Shown here piece after piece: positions 40,092 through 53,119 of a stretch of 64,000 nucleotides of DNA. The translations under genes were made by a program, and so were the position numbers. This DNA is from Verrucomicrobiota bacterium (GTDB lineage Bacteria; Auribacterota; JABMQX01; JAFGEW01). Location of the stretch: contig JAFGEW010000027.1 in assembly GCA_016931415.1 (NCBI GenBank), forward strand, positions 4,550 to 68,549, read 5' to 3'. How positions within the stretch are numbered: position 1 is the stretch's first letter; each line of letters starts with the position of its first letter. The notes beneath the pieces are model-generated. The model saw nothing but the letters and a program-made list of their open reading frames with translations, searched no databases and was not told where the DNA came from.

Positions 40092-40799
40092 CTATTCGAA
40101 CGGATCGACGGTGTAGCTCTCCGCCGTCTCCACGTCTTCCCTGACGATGAGATACTGGACGTGCCCGTCGAGATACAGCACGTTGAACGACGGGAAGCCC
40201 GCCGCCGTGTGCCAGTACCGTTGCAGCTTCGGCCAGTTCGGATTGAGCGTGACAAACCACCCTGCGTCGCCCGCGACACAGAGCCGGTCCGACGACGTCG
40301 AGATCTCGCCCAGATGCACGCCGCACAGCCGATCGTCGTTGTAGATGTACGACGTGCCAAACCGCGTGTAGACCGGCACGCCCGGCCGATCGGCGAACCC
40401 GTCGTCGCTTGGGCACAGAAATACCTCGTAGCGCGACGTCTCGGTGCCCGGCTGAACGTACGGATTGAGAATACGGTGCGACGCCGGGTACGCCCCGCCC
40501 CAGGGAGCGTCCTCGCCCGTCGCCCCGCCGAACGTGCTGCCGAGCACCATGTTGTTCTCGTCGCTCGGGAAACCGTCCCAGTCGGCCAGATACGCCGACC
40601 ATCCGATGCCGATCTGCCGCAAATTCGACAGGCACGACGCCCGCTTGGCCGCCTCGCGCGCCCGCCCGAGCGCCGGCAGCAGAAACCCCGCGAGAATCGC
40701 AATGATGGCGATCACCACGAGCAGCTCGATCAGCGTGAACCCGCGCCCCCGCCGGCCCGGGTGCTGAGAACGATCCGCTGAGCGCATTGGACCTCCCAC
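40092..40799 (-). CDS. Prepilin-type N-terminal cleavage/methylation domain protein with DUF1559 (Planctomycete pseudopilin).
   Basis: [25 protein letters not shown] and C-terminal H-x-DG region (YLDGHVQY). Confidence 0.75.
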   Translation of the reverse strand: MGGPMRSADRSQHPGRRGRGFTLIELLVVIAIIAILAGFLLPALGRAREAAKRASCLSNLRQIGIGWSAYLADWDGFPSDENNMVLGSTFGGATGEDAPWGGAYPASHRILNPYVQPGTETSRYEVFLCPSDDGFADRPGVPVYTRFGTSYIYNDDRLCGVHLGEISTSSDRLCVAGDAGWFVTLNPNWPKLQRYWHTAAGFPSFNVLYLDGHVQYLIVREDVETAESYTVDPFE

Positions 40800-40800
40800 C

Positions 40801-41826
40801 TCAGTGCGACTTGCGTCGCTTGATCAGATACTGCATGAGCGCGATCCCGAGCGACTCGTCGGTGACCACCGGCACGAAGTCGATCTGGCTGTTCGCGCAC
40901 TCCTTGGCGATCCAGCGCTGGTGCGCGCTGAACACTTCCTTGTACTTGTCCTGAACCGACGCCGGCAGCGTGGTGAGCCGCTCGCCCGTCTCGAGGTCCT
41001 CGAACAGGATCTGCCCCGTGAACGGCAACTCCACCTCGTCGCGCGTCAGCACCTGGAACACGAGCACCTCGTGCCCGGCGTGCCGGAAGTGCTTGAGCAC
41101 GTCCATGACCGCCTCCGGCTCGTCGAACAGGTCCGAGATGACGATGATCATGCCCCGCTTGCGAATCCGCTCGGCGAGCGCGTCGAGCCCCCGGGCGAAT
41201 CCCGTCTGTTCGGCCACCTTGACCCGGTCGAGGATCTTGAGCACGTGCAGCAAGTGGTCAAGACGCGCGCGGGGGGGTAAGTAGTGGCGGATCTCCGTGT
41301 CGAACGTCGCCACGCCCACGGCGTCCTTCTGCAGCATCATGAGATAGGCCAACGCGGCGCCAAGATACACGCCGTACTTGTACTTGCTCACCGCGTTGTC
41401 GCCGCCAGCCTGCGGCGCGTACCCCATCGAGGCCGAGGTGTCGAGCAGAATGTGGGCACGCAGGTTCGTCTCCTCGACGAACAGCTTGAGGAACAACTCG
41501 TCGGTACGCCCCCACAGCTTCCAGTCGATATAGCGGGTGTCGTCGCCCTTCATGTAGGGCCGGTACGAGCTGAACTCGACGCTGAAGCCGTGGAACGGGC
41601 TCTTGTGCAGTCCGACGAGGAACCCCTCGACAACGACCCGGGCCAGCAACTCGAGGTTCTGGATCCGGGCGATCACCTTCGGATCGAGGTACTGCAGCGC
41701 ATCGCGCACGCTTCCTCCTTCGCCGCTCGTGACGGGCGTGACGCCGCTAGCGCGCCATGCTCGTCGAAACCGAGTCGACCAGCCGCTCGATAATCGTCTC
41801 GGGTTGGACGTCCTCGCTCCGGGCAT
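40801..41826 (-). CDS. DUF58 family protein.
   Basis: [42 protein letters not shown]. The ORF overlaps the MoxR 3' end by about 80 nt, so the true start is probably an internal GTG or TTG. Confidence 0.7.
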   Translation of the reverse strand: MPGARTSNPRRLSSGWSTRFRRAWRASGVTPVTSGEGGSVRDALQYLDPKVIARIQNLELLARVVVEGFLVGLHKSPFHGFSVEFSSYRPYMKGDDTRYIDWKLWGRTDELFLKLFVEETNLRAHILLDTSASMGYAPQAGGDNAVSKYKYGVYLGAALAYLMMLQKDAVGVATFDTEIRHYLPPRARLDHLLHVLKILDRVKVAEQTGFARGLDALAERIRKRGMIIVISDLFDEPEAVMDVLKHFRHAGHEVLVFQVLTRDEVELPFTGQILFEDLETGERLTTLPASVQDKYKEVFSAHQRWIAKECANSQIDFVPVVTDESLGIALMQYLIKRRKSH

Positions 41827-42757
41827 GGAAGTTCAGAATGATCCGGTGATGGAGCACCGGCTCGGCCACCGCCCGCACGTCGTCGAACGTCACCGCGAGA
41901 TTGCCCTGCAGAATGGCGCGTGCCTTGGCGCCCAGCGTCAGGTACTGCGACGCGCGCGGGCTGGCGCCCCAACTGAGGTACTCCTTGACGAAATCAGGCG
42001 CCTCGGGCCGGTCGGGCCGCGTGGCCGAGACGAGCCGGACGGCGTACTCGACCACCTCGTCGGCAATCGGCACCTGCCGCACCAGCCCCTGCAAGCGCAC
42101 GATGTCCTGACCGGTCAGCACGCTGCGCAGCTCGGCCTTGTAGGTCGACGTGGTGCTCTGCACCACGGCAACTTCCTCGGCCACGGTCGGGTAGTGCACG
42201 CGCAAGTTGAACATGAACCGGTCGAGCTGCGCCTCCGGCAGCGGGTAGACGCCCTCGAGCTCGATCGGGTTCTGCGTCGCTATGACGAAAAACGGCTCCT
42301 CGAGCGGGTAGGTCTTGGTGCCGACGGTGACCTCGTGTTCCTCCATGACCTGGAGCATGGCCGCCTGCGTCTTGGGCGGCGTCCGGTTGATCTCGTCGGC
42401 GAGCACGATGTTGGCGAAGATCGGGCCTTTGATGAACTTCACCACGCGATGGCCCGTGCTCACGTCCTCCTCGATCACGTCGGTGCCCGTGATGTCCGAC
42501 GGCATCAGGTCCGGCGTGAACTGGATCCGGCTGAACTTGAGGTCGAGCACCTCGGAGATGGTCTTGACCATCATCGTCTTGGCGATGCCCGGCACGCCGA
42601 CCATCAGGGCGTGGCCGCGGCACAGGATCGTGATAAGCAGATGGTCGATCACATGGCGCTGCCCGACGATGACCTTGCCGATTTCGGCAGTCATCTCGGT
42701 GCGCGCGGCCGCGAGCCGCTCCACCGCCTCGCGGATGGCCCTGCCCGATTCCGTCAT
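41747..42757 (-). CDS. MoxR-family AAA+ ATPase.
   Basis: Walker A GVPGIAKT; Walker B LADEINR; VIATQNP. Confidence 0.9.
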   Translation of the reverse strand: MTESGRAIREAVERLAAARTEMTAEIGKVIVGQRHVIDHLLITILCRGHALMVGVPGIAKTMMVKTISEVLDLKFSRIQFTPDLMPSDITGTDVIEEDVSTGHRVVKFIKGPIFANIVLADEINRTPPKTQAAMLQVMEEHEVTVGTKTYPLEEPFFVIATQNPIELEGVYPLPEAQLDRFMFNLRVHYPTVAEEVAVVQSTTSTYKAELRSVLTGQDIVRLQGLVRQVPIADEVVEYAVRLVSATRPDRPEAPDFVKEYLSWGASPRASQYLTLGAKARAILQGNLAVTFDDVRAVAEPVLHHRIILNFHARSEDVQPETIIERLVDSVSTSMAR

Positions 42758-43060
42758 GAACTGCTCCTCCCCTCTCGTGTCAGTCCGTCATCGAGTCCAG
42801 TATCTCTCCCTAGAGCCGCGTCCGCGCCGTGCGATCGCGCCCGCGTGCTGACGCTGCCTTCGGCCGCCGGAGCGCCAGCATCCGGCGGCGCAACGCGCCG
42901 AGCGCACGCACGCGGTCCAGCGAGCCGTCCGAATCCTGCCCAACAAAGACCACCGCCACGAGCAGTTGCTCCTGCACGACACGCGCCAGTGCGGCGCTCT
43001 CAAGCAAGTTGTCCTTCACCACCATCGTTGACCCCTTCTCTCCTCAGACCTGCATCGCGC

Positions 43061-45778
43061 TCACAGCGGCGCGAGTGCGGCGCCATCGGCGTGCTCTGCC
43101 AACGACGCCTCTTCGATAAGCACGATAATCCGCCGCTGCGCCTGCGCCACGTCCCGAACGAACGCCCGGAACTCGGCGTAGTCGGCGGGGCTAATCTCGG
43201 CCACGCCCAGCTCGAACCGGTTGCAGCACACGATCGCGCCATCCTTATTGACGCTATAGGACTCCGAATAGGTCCCGATTTCTGTCCGAATCTCGAGCGC
43301 CTCCGGCAGGTTGCGTACCCGGAAGCCCTGCGGCACGGCAAGCACAAGCTCTCCCTCGCGCCGCATCGTCTGGCCGAGCCGCAACGGCTGCTGACGCTCG
43401 GGTATCGTCGCGAGATTCAGCAACCCGATGCGCTGAAGGGGCGCCGTGAGCACGATCAGATCGCCGGCCGTCGACGCGTAGCTCGGCGCCGTGTACGTGC
43501 GCGAGTAGACAATCGCGTCGGCCATCTCGACCATGCCCTGGATTGCATACTGGTCAAGCGTCGCCCCGGCACTGAAGTTGCCCAGCGCCTCCTGGAGCAT
43601 CGCCTTCTGCCCCGCGGCGTCGGCGTACCGGTAGGTGGCGCGGAACTGGTCGGCGAACGCGCCCCGGTACTCGACATGCTCCTCGACACGCAGCGTCCCG
43701 TCGCGCCCGACGGCCGCCGTGCCCGTATTCCTGAGCAAGTTCGCCTCGGCCGGCAACACCGGGATCTGCATGAACTCGCCCTTGGCCTCGCCGATGACGA
43801 ACACGGTACGGCCCTGGTCGTTGACTGGGATGTCGCCGAACGCCGTCTCGCCTCCCGTGCTGTCGAGCCAGTAGCGCGTCCCGTCAATCACCACGGTGGC
43901 GATGGCGTGGTTGAACTGGTCGAGCGTCGGCATCTCGGGATCGACCTGTGCCATGACGTCGGTGGCCACGAGCACGATGCTGCCGCGGATCCCCGCCTCA
44001 TCGAGCATCGTGAGCAGCAGCGTCGCCTTGTCCTTGCAGTCGCCATACCGGTTCTCGTAGATGCTCGACGCCGAGTGCGGCTGGTAGCCGTGCGGCCCGA
44101 GTTCGAGTCCGACGTAGCGGATCTTCGAGCACACGTAGTTGTAGACCGCCCGCGCCTTCTCGAGCTCGGTTGTCTGTCCCTCGATCGCCTGCGCCACCGC
44201 CTGCCTGATTGGCTCGTCGGCTTGGCGCGCGTTGTCCGAGAGCCGCCGGTACCAGTCCCATACCATGTCCCAGGACGCGATCGACGTGGAGATCAGCCGC
44301 GTGCTCAGCGCCGCCGGCGCCGGCCCGTACGGCTCCGAGCGCAGCGGCGCGATGTCGGTGAGGACGTACTCGACCGTCTGCCCGTAGCGCTCCGTCCGCT
44401 CGCTCTTCTCCACGCTGAACGGTGGCTCGGACGGCACAAACCGCGTGTTCACCCGCTTGGTGTCCGGCACGGTGAACCGCATCACCACGCGCTCCTGCGG
44501 GATCGGCATCTCGATCGCGAACGTGTTCCAGAACTCCCGGCTGAGCTGCACGCTCTTGCCCGTCTTGACAAACGTGTAGTCCAGAATACAGCCGTCCTCG
44601 ACCGACGGCATGCTGAATCGCTTGTACCGCGACTCGGTGTAGAACAGCGCCGTCGTCGACTTGACGTCGTGGATATTGGCTGCATCGAGCACCGCGACCT
44701 CGCCGCTCGGCTTGATCGTCTTGGCCTCCTCGATCTCGAGCGTCTCGCTGAACGTGTTATAGAACACGATGACTTCCGAGTACTCGTGCCCCCCCTTGTT
44801 GAGCACCTTGACCCGGCGGCGCTCGCGGATCCGGTAGGTTAGATCCGTGCTGATCGAGTAGTCGATCTCCTTGAGCAGGACAATGGCCGGCGGCTTGAGC
44901 TCGGCCCACTTCGAACCCGCCTCGGTCACCTCGGCCTCGGCCTCGGCCGCTGGCAACGCCGCCGCACGCACCGCCGGCCCAACATACGTCGCAAGCGCCA
45001 GCGCCCCGTCGGTCGCCTCGCCTGAATCACGCTCACCCGGGATCTCCCGCGTCCCCTCGCCGTCGCCGTTGTCGTCGAGCATCGCGTGCTCGGTCGGGAT
45101 CAGTCCCCCCGTCTTGAACTCCCCGTCGACGAGCGCGCGTGCCTGCATGTACAACTCGCCAATCGAGGGCCGTTCGCCGGCGTTCGCCGTCTTCTCGAGC
45201 ACCTCCGAAAACACCCGGCCGAAACGCACCTTGTTGATCTCGCGGTCGGCCTTCGTCGCCGTGATCACGATGCGGCCCGGCCCCTGCAGCGGCGCCATGA
45301 AGTAGCCGCTTACCGGCGTCGACACGATGAGAATGAGCCGCCCCGGAAAACCCGCGAAAAGCTCGCCGAGGTCCTTGTCGCGTATGTCGCGCCCCGGCAG
45401 ATGAACGGACGCCTGCCGGCCCACCATCTCGGCGTGCCCAAGCACCACGACGAGCAACTGGTCCTCGGGTCGCGTCACCGCGCGCAGCCTCTCGACCGTC
45501 GCCTCGATCGTCTCGCGGCGGGGCAACCCGTCGGCGCCCACGCCCACCCGGGCCTCGTCGTCAAACAGCAGCGTGACGTTCTCGCGCGCGTACCCGTATG
45601 GCCCCGTCAGCACCGAGACAAACCGCTGCGCCGTCTCCCAGAACTCGACGTGGTTTTTCTGGTCGCCGGCGACACCCGCGATGATCAGCGCACGGTAGGC
45701 CCCGCCAGGGTCGCTGTCTGCCGCGAGACCCGCCGTGGCAAAGACAAAGATGCCGACAAGCGCAACGAACACTCTCAT
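43061..45778 (-). CDS. Secreted DUF3857 + transglutaminase-like domain protein (about 905 aa).
   Basis: Signal peptide MRVFVALVGIFVFATAGLAA. Transglutaminase core YGDCKDKATLLLTMLDEAGIRGSIVLV. Start chosen at M95 of the ORF. Confidence 0.65.
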   Translation of the reverse strand: MRVFVALVGIFVFATAGLAADSDPGGAYRALIIAGVAGDQKNHVEFWETAQRFVSVLTGPYGYARENVTLLFDDEARVGVGADGLPRRETIEATVERLRAVTRPEDQLLVVVLGHAEMVGRQASVHLPGRDIRDKDLGELFAGFPGRLILIVSTPVSGYFMAPLQGPGRIVITATKADREINKVRFGRVFSEVLEKTANAGERPSIGELYMQARALVDGEFKTGGLIPTEHAMLDDNGDGEGTREIPGERDSGEATDGALALATYVGPAVRAAALPAAEAEAEVTEAGSKWAELKPPAIVLLKEIDYSISTDLTYRIRERRRVKVLNKGGHEYSEVIVFYNTFSETLEIEEAKTIKPSGEVAVLDAANIHDVKSTTALFYTESRYKRFSMPSVEDGCILDYTFVKTGKSVQLSREFWNTFAIEMPIPQERVVMRFTVPDTKRVNTRFVPSEPPFSVEKSERTERYGQTVEYVLTDIAPLRSEPYGPAPAALSTRLISTSIASWDMVWDWYRRLSDNARQADEPIRQAVAQAIEGQTTELEKARAVYNYVCSKIRYVGLELGPHGYQPHSASSIYENRYGDCKDKATLLLTMLDEAGIRGSIVLVATDVMAQVDPEMPTLDQFNHAIATVVIDGTRYWLDSTGGETAFGDIPVNDQGRTVFVIGEAKGEFMQIPVLPAEANLLRNTGTAAVGRDGTLRVEEHVEYRGAFADQFRATYRYADAAGQKAMLQEALGNFSAGATLDQYAIQGMVEMADAIVYSRTYTAPSYASTAGDLIVLTAPLQRIGLLNLATIPERQQPLRLGQTMRREGELVLAVPQGFRVRNLPEALEIRTEIGTYSESYSVNKDGAIVCCNRFELGVAEISPADYAEFRAFVRDVAQAQRRIIVLIEEASLAEHADGAALAPL

Positions 45779-46056
45779 GAAGACTCTTACTCTCTCTGGC
45801 CGGTCATAAGGCCCGCCCAAGTGACGAGGAACAAATAGGAGCCAACGATGATCCGGCAACCGCGCCGCAGAAACAGCGCACGGGCCTCGGTCGCCCGTGT
45901 TCCGCTCCCAATTGCTGTGCACTTCAAAGACTCTGTTTTGTAGCACGCGGTTCCGCGCAGGGCAAGACAGAACGGCGAGACTCCGGCCCCAAGGCAGGGC
46001 GTGCGGCAGAAGAAACTGTTTGACTACTCTGATGCGCGACCGGCAGGCGGGGGCTC

Positions 46057-47127
46057 TCACCCACCCGGTAGCTCCCCCTCGGAACCGCCGGGCTGGCGGG
46101 TGCCGGGCTCGATATCGGTCAGCGCGATGCCGTGGCGGTAGACGCGGACCTCGCCGGTGGACTCGCTGACCACAATGGCGATGGAGTTGCTGACGGCGGC
46201 GGTGATGGACGCGGCGGCGAGATGCCGCGCGCCAAGTCCCGGCGGCAGCTCGGCCGGCGTGATCCGCGCGTCGAGATAGGTGCCGGCGGAAAGGACGATG
46301 CCCTTGGTGTCGATGACAAAGGCACCATCGATGGTCGAGAACTCCTTGATCGTGGCGCGCACGGAGGGATCGAGTATCTGGCGTTGGCGCTCGCTATAGC
46401 CCTTGAACGGATTGAGGACGAGCTGGCGCACGTGGTCCTTGAGCGCCTTGGTGTCGCCGATGACGAAGATGGTGCCGACTGGCTTGCCTTCGCGCCCCTG
46501 GTTGGCCAGCTCGAGAGCCAACTCGAGGACCGTGTCGAAGACGCCGGCCTTGACGCGCCTGGCAAATCCCCCGATGTCCGACGTGGTGATCACCTCGGTC
46601 TCAGTGCCTACCTGCAGAACCAGGATCGTGTCGAGCACGCCCGCCTCCGGCAGCCCGGAAACGCAGACGACCCGGTCGCCCGTCTTGAGCAGCCCGCGCG
46701 AAGCCGCCATGACCATCGCGACCTTGATCTTGCCCACGCGCCCCATGGGAATGCTGGGAACCTTGAGCACCTTGCACGCGGCGGCATCGGGGAGTACCAT
46801 CTGGTCAGTCGACTGCGTGACGACGTAGATGTCGAAGCGGCGTTTCGACGCATCCAGGACGCGCCCGGACGGGAGCAGATCGGCCGAGATGAACACCGCA
46901 AGGGCCTGGAAACGGTCCGCGATCTCGAGCGCGTGGTCAATGACCATGTTGGACAGGGAACTGCCGTCGGGCGACAGCGGGCCGGACACCGTCTTCAAAC
47001 CCGTCTTGCTTACGGCCTTCCCGCCTGCTCGTACAGGCAGCGCGGCTGTACGCCGGCGTGGCCGCCCCGTCTCCTTGGCGCCCGGCTTGTCGCGTGGCGC
47101 GCCCGCATCTCTGCTCGATATGGCCAT
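46057..47127 (-). CDS. CdaZ-type diadenylate cyclase: pyruvate-kinase C-terminal-like domain + DAC domain (c-di-AMP synthase).
   Basis: DAC motifs GTIFVIGDT, DGAFVIDTKGIV, GARHLAAASIT, AIVVSESTGEVRV. N-terminal domain resembles PK_C (GDRVVCVSGLPEAGVLDTILV). ATG 9 nt after GGAGG. Confidence 0.65.
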   Translation of the reverse strand: MAISSRDAGAPRDKPGAKETGRPRRRTAALPVRAGGKAVSKTGLKTVSGPLSPDGSSLSNMVIDHALEIADRFQALAVFISADLLPSGRVLDASKRRFDIYVVTQSTDQMVLPDAAACKVLKVPSIPMGRVGKIKVAMVMAASRGLLKTGDRVVCVSGLPEAGVLDTILVLQVGTETEVITTSDIGGFARRVKAGVFDTVLELALELANQGREGKPVGTIFVIGDTKALKDHVRQLVLNPFKGYSERQRQILDPSVRATIKEFSTIDGAFVIDTKGIVLSAGTYLDARITPAELPPGLGARHLAAASITAAVSNSIAIVVSESTGEVRVYRHGIALTDIEPGTRQPGGSEGELPGG

Positions 47128-47567
47128 GACGGCTTGAGCTCCTCCTTCCTCACTATACCACAATGGGGCCATCTGTCGCCTTCCCGCGAGTTCGCCCGCC
47201 AGGCCATCAGACACGGGTGTCTCTTTGTCCTTGACAATCATCTACTAACTGAACAAAAAGCATACCAACCCAGTGCCACTGGGCACGCGGTGCAGCGCGT
47301 GACGGGCTTGCTCGCCAAAGACGGGTGCGACACCATGGCCCATACTTGAGCTGCGGTTGTGTGTCACCTTGTCCCGATTCCACTCGGCCAGAGCCAGGCA
47401 CACGATCGGCCGATGTCGGTAACAAGCGTCCGCGCAGGCTGTTAAGATGATACTATTCCGCTGGCACCGCACTTGCGTTCTGTCTGGCAGAGATGAGGTT
47501 TGCCCATTCGTGATCGGCTGAACAGCCTAGGGATAGCAGGAAGAAACTGACAAGGAGGGACGAAGGT

Positions 47568-47864
47568 TTGAAAACGAAAGTCAAGCCACTGGGCGGCCGC
47601 GTACTGGTCAAGCGGCTTGAGGAGACCGAGCGGACCAAAGGCGGGATCATCATCCCCGACAGCGCCAAAGAGAAGCCCAAAGAGGGTGAGATCGTCGCCC
47701 TCGGCACCGGCAAGATCGACAAGGAAGGCAAGAAGGTCGCCTTCAACGTCGCCGTCGGCGACCGGGTGCTCTTCACCTCGTACGCGGGCACCGAGGTGAC
47801 CGTGAATGACGAGGAATACCTCATCATGAGCGAGGACGACATCCTTGGTGTTGTCGCGAGATAG
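47568..47864 (+). CDS. groES: Co-chaperonin GroES (TTG start).
   Basis: KPLGGRVLVKRLEETERTKGGIIIPDSAKEKP. AAGGAGG SD. Confidence 0.9.
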   Translation: MKTKVKPLGGRVLVKRLEETERTKGGIIIPDSAKEKPKEGEIVALGTGKIDKEGKKVAFNVAVGDRVLFTSYAGTEVTVNDEEYLIMSEDDILGVVAR

Positions 47865-47879
47865 GCGCGCGCAAGGTAA

Positions 47880-49583
<1,704 letters not shown>

Positions 49584-49650
49584 GCCGGTCTTGTCGCACG
49601 GTCCGGCGCCGGAACCCGGCACCGGACCGGAACGTCACAGAATCGGTGTG

Positions 49651-49682
49651 CCCCGAGGCACGGGCTTCCCCCGTGCCTCGGG
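49651..49682 (+). terminator. 12-bp perfect GC hairpin (cccgaggcacgg / ccgtgcctcggg) after groEL; no U-tract.
   Basis: Read from the sequence. Likely a terminator or attenuator between groEL and rpoZ. Confidence 0.4.
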
Positions 49683-49741
49683 TCCGCCGTGCGATGCTCA
49701 GGCGTCGCTCACCTCTAGCCGTAGGGAGTGCGAAAAGGCCA

Positions 49742-49990
49742 ATGACAACATCGAAACTCGGGACCGTCGTCAGCGAGAATATGTCGCTGAATCCGTTCCA
49801 ACTTGTGCTGATCGGAGCGGAGCGCGCCCGTCAGCTCATGCGCGGCTCGCGCCCCATGATCCAGACGCGCGCGAACCATCCCAGCGCCATCGTGCTCGAG
49901 GAGTTCGCCTCCGGATTGCTCAAGGCCGAACCGCTGGACGAGGTCCCCATCATCTGGTCCACGCCCATCAGCGAAATCGAAACGGACTGA
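49742..49990 (+). CDS. rpoZ: DNA-directed RNA polymerase omega subunit.
   Basis: NPFQLVLIGAERARQL aligns with RpoZ NRFxLVLxAAxRARQL. Start at MTTSK after GGGAG; an alternative start is MSLNPF at 49781. Confidence 0.65.
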   Translation: MTTSKLGTVVSENMSLNPFQLVLIGAERARQLMRGSRPMIQTRANHPSAIVLEEFASGLLKAEPLDEVPIIWSTPISEIETD

Positions 49991-50001
49991 GAGAGTCGGC
50001 C

Positions 50002-50310
50002 ATGCCAACCTACGACTACGAGTGTCAGCGCTGCAAACACACCTTCGAGGCGTTCCAGAGCATGACCGAGAAGCCGTTGTCCAAGTGCCCCGAATGCGGC
50101 GGCCGGGTCCGCCGCCTCATCGGAGCGGGCGCCGGCATCATCTTCAAAGGCTCCGGCTTCTACGCCACCGACTACCGAAGCAAAAGCTACGCGAAAGGCG
50201 CCAAGGCGGACGCCCCTGCCGCCGAGCCCGGCTCGAAACCAGCCTGTCCGGCCGGCAAGAGCGGAGGCTGCCCCGGAGGCGCGTGCGGCCGTTCCAGCAA
50301 AACTGACTGA
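50002..50310 (+). CDS. FmdB-family zinc-ribbon regulatory protein.
   Basis: MPTYDYECQRCKHTFE...CPECGG is the FmdB CxxC...CxxC signature. Gly/Cys-rich tail. Confidence 0.65.
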   Translation: MPTYDYECQRCKHTFEAFQSMTEKPLSKCPECGGRVRRLIGAGAGIIFKGSGFYATDYRSKSYAKGAKADAPAAEPGSKPACPAGKSGGCPGGACGRSSKTD

Positions 50311-50381
50311 CGCCTCACCGCGGCCTCGCGCCGCCTGACCCGCCGCGTAGCCGAGTGCGATCGCACGAAAGAGGCTCGAAC

Positions 50382-51722
<1,341 letters not shown>

Positions 51723-51763
51723 GGCCCGGCCGGCTCATACGCGGCGTTGCACGGAAAAATCAG

Positions 51764-51788
51764 AAGCCCCGCCTTGAGCGGGGCTTCG
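51764..51788. terminator. Bidirectional terminator hairpin between degP (+) and the tauE-like gene (-).
   Basis: gaagccccgc-cttga-gcggggcttc with an A-run on the plus side, which is a U-run for the minus-strand transcript. Confidence 0.5.
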
Positions 51789-51872
51789 AAACCCGGAGAC
51801 GAACCAGCCGGGGTGGTCTGCTATGGGTACTGGATGCCGTCGTGCAGCTATCGGCCCCAAGGCGCTGGGTCG

Positions 51873-52640
51873 CTACGCCCAACCGATGAACCTGGCCAGC
51901 GTGTAGCAGCCAAGCACGAAGATGATGCCCGCCACTGCCGGTTTGACGAGTCGCTCCGGTAGCCGCCTGACTGTGTGCGCCGCAAACGGCACTGACAGCA
52001 GCGCGCCCAGCATCAAAAATGGCGCCAGACGCCACGTCACCTCGGGGTGCAGCACCGCGTAGACAACGACGCCGACGAGACACGTGAGCCCCTCGGCCAG
52101 CGACGTGATCCCGATGGCGTTCTTGACCCCGACGCCCGAGAGCATCTGTCCGCCCATCACAAGCGGCCCGTAACCGCCGCCACTCAGCCCTTTGTTGAAC
52201 GAGGCCACCGCACCCACCGCCGTGATCTTTGCCCACGAGAACCGCGGCGTCCACCGCAGCGTGACGAGAATCACGCCGCCCATCGATAGAATGATGATGC
52301 CGATGATGAGCGTCAGCGTCTCCTTGCTGATCAGCGTCGTGAGCCACACGGCCCCCACCGTGCCCACCATCGAACACGCCGCCAGCACGACGGCGACTTT
52401 CGTGTCCTTCGAGCGGCGTTCGAACCGCACATTGCGGAAGCTGTGGTGCGCAAACGCCGCCGCCATCCCCGTGACAAACTCCGACATGAGCACCGCCGGC
52501 ACCACGTCCATCGGCTTGAACCCGAAGAAGACCATCAACACGGGCGTCAGAATCGTCCCGTACCCCATTCCCAAGCTCGAATCGCAGTACTCGCAGACGA
52601 ACGCGATCGGCACAAGCAGCAGAAGCTTCAGCTCCATCAA
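51873..52640 (-). CDS. TauE/SafE (DUF81) family sulfite/anion exporter-like membrane protein.
   Basis: Two-repeat, roughly 8-TM architecture with G-rich helices. Confidence 0.7.
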   Translation of the reverse strand: MMELKLLLLVPIAFVCEYCDSSLGMGYGTILTPVLMVFFGFKPMDVVPAVLMSEFVTGMAAAFAHHSFRNVRFERRSKDTKVAVVLAACSMVGTVGAVWLTTLISKETLTLIIGIIILSMGGVILVTLRWTPRFSWAKITAVGAVASFNKGLSGGGYGPLVMGGQMLSGVGVKNAIGITSLAEGLTCLVGVVVYAVLHPEVTWRLAPFLMLGALLSVPFAAHTVRRLPERLVKPAVAGIIFVLGCYTLARFIGWA

Positions 52641-52681
52641 TCCATCCTCTTTGCCGGCGTTACCCCTTGAAGAAAAACAAG

Positions 52682-53083
52682 CTAGACAAGATCGGCCAAG
52701 GTCGTCGCCTCAAGCCGCTCAGACACGTAGTCACGGATCTCCGTAAGCACCCCGATCACCTTCGCCTCCTTCTCCAGCGGCGTGTGCGAGAAGAAGTACT
52801 CGCTCACCGACTCGGTCGGCGCCAGCGCACCATCCATCAGACGGATCACCTCGGCCAGCGTGATCGCCCCAGGCGACTTGGCCAAGCAGTACCCGCCCTC
52901 GGCGCCCCGCCTGGCCCGCACGTAGCCGCTACGCTTGAGGATGAACAGAAGCTGCTCCAGGTACTTCTTGGGAATGCCGTACTTGGTGCAGATCCCCTCC
53001 ATCTTGACCAACTCGTCGCCCTTGTGCCGCGCCAGATGAATGAGCGCCAGGATCGAGTATTCACTTTTAGTCGTGAGCTTCAT
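52682..53083 (-). CDS. Rrf2-family transcriptional regulator.
   Basis: MKLTTKSEYSILALIHLA...LEQLLFILKRSGYVRARRGAEGGYCLAK is the Rrf2 wHTH. Contains a single Cys. Confidence 0.8.
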   Translation of the reverse strand: MKLTTKSEYSILALIHLARHKGDELVKMEGICTKYGIPKKYLEQLLFILKRSGYVRARRGAEGGYCLAKSPGAITLAEVIRLMDGALAPTESVSEYFFSHTPLEKEAKVIGVLTEIRDYVSERLEATTLADLV

Positions 53084-53101
53084 TGTTCTATATGAGATCT
53101 C

Positions 53102-53119
53102 TGTAGTCTAGCGACTACA
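53102..53119. promoter_or_regulatory. Perfect 7-4-7 palindrome TGTAGTC-TAGC-GACTACA, about 20 nt upstream of the rrf2 start codon; candidate Rrf2 autoregulatory operator.
   Basis: Read from the sequence. Resembles the IscR-type AGTC...GACT half-sites. Confidence 0.45.

Noticed and set aside
42810-43025. 71-aa minus-strand ORF upstream of the MoxR gene (MVVKDNLLESAALARVVQEQ...).
   Set aside because: GC3 is coding-like, but there is no motif and no obvious SD. The C-terminal third is Arg/Ala low-complexity. Too weak to call as a gene.
41603-44842. 1079-aa plus-strand ORF.
   Set aside because: Antisense to the MoxR and transglutaminase genes. Low-complexity R/H/D/P composition.
47245-47567. 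Looked for a CIRCE element (TTAGCACTC-N9-GAGTGCTAA) or sigma-32 promoter upstream of groES.
   Set aside because: No CIRCE-like inverted repeat found by eye; only a short GTGCC-ACTG-GGCAC palindrome and a poor sigma-32-like match. Not reported as a feature.
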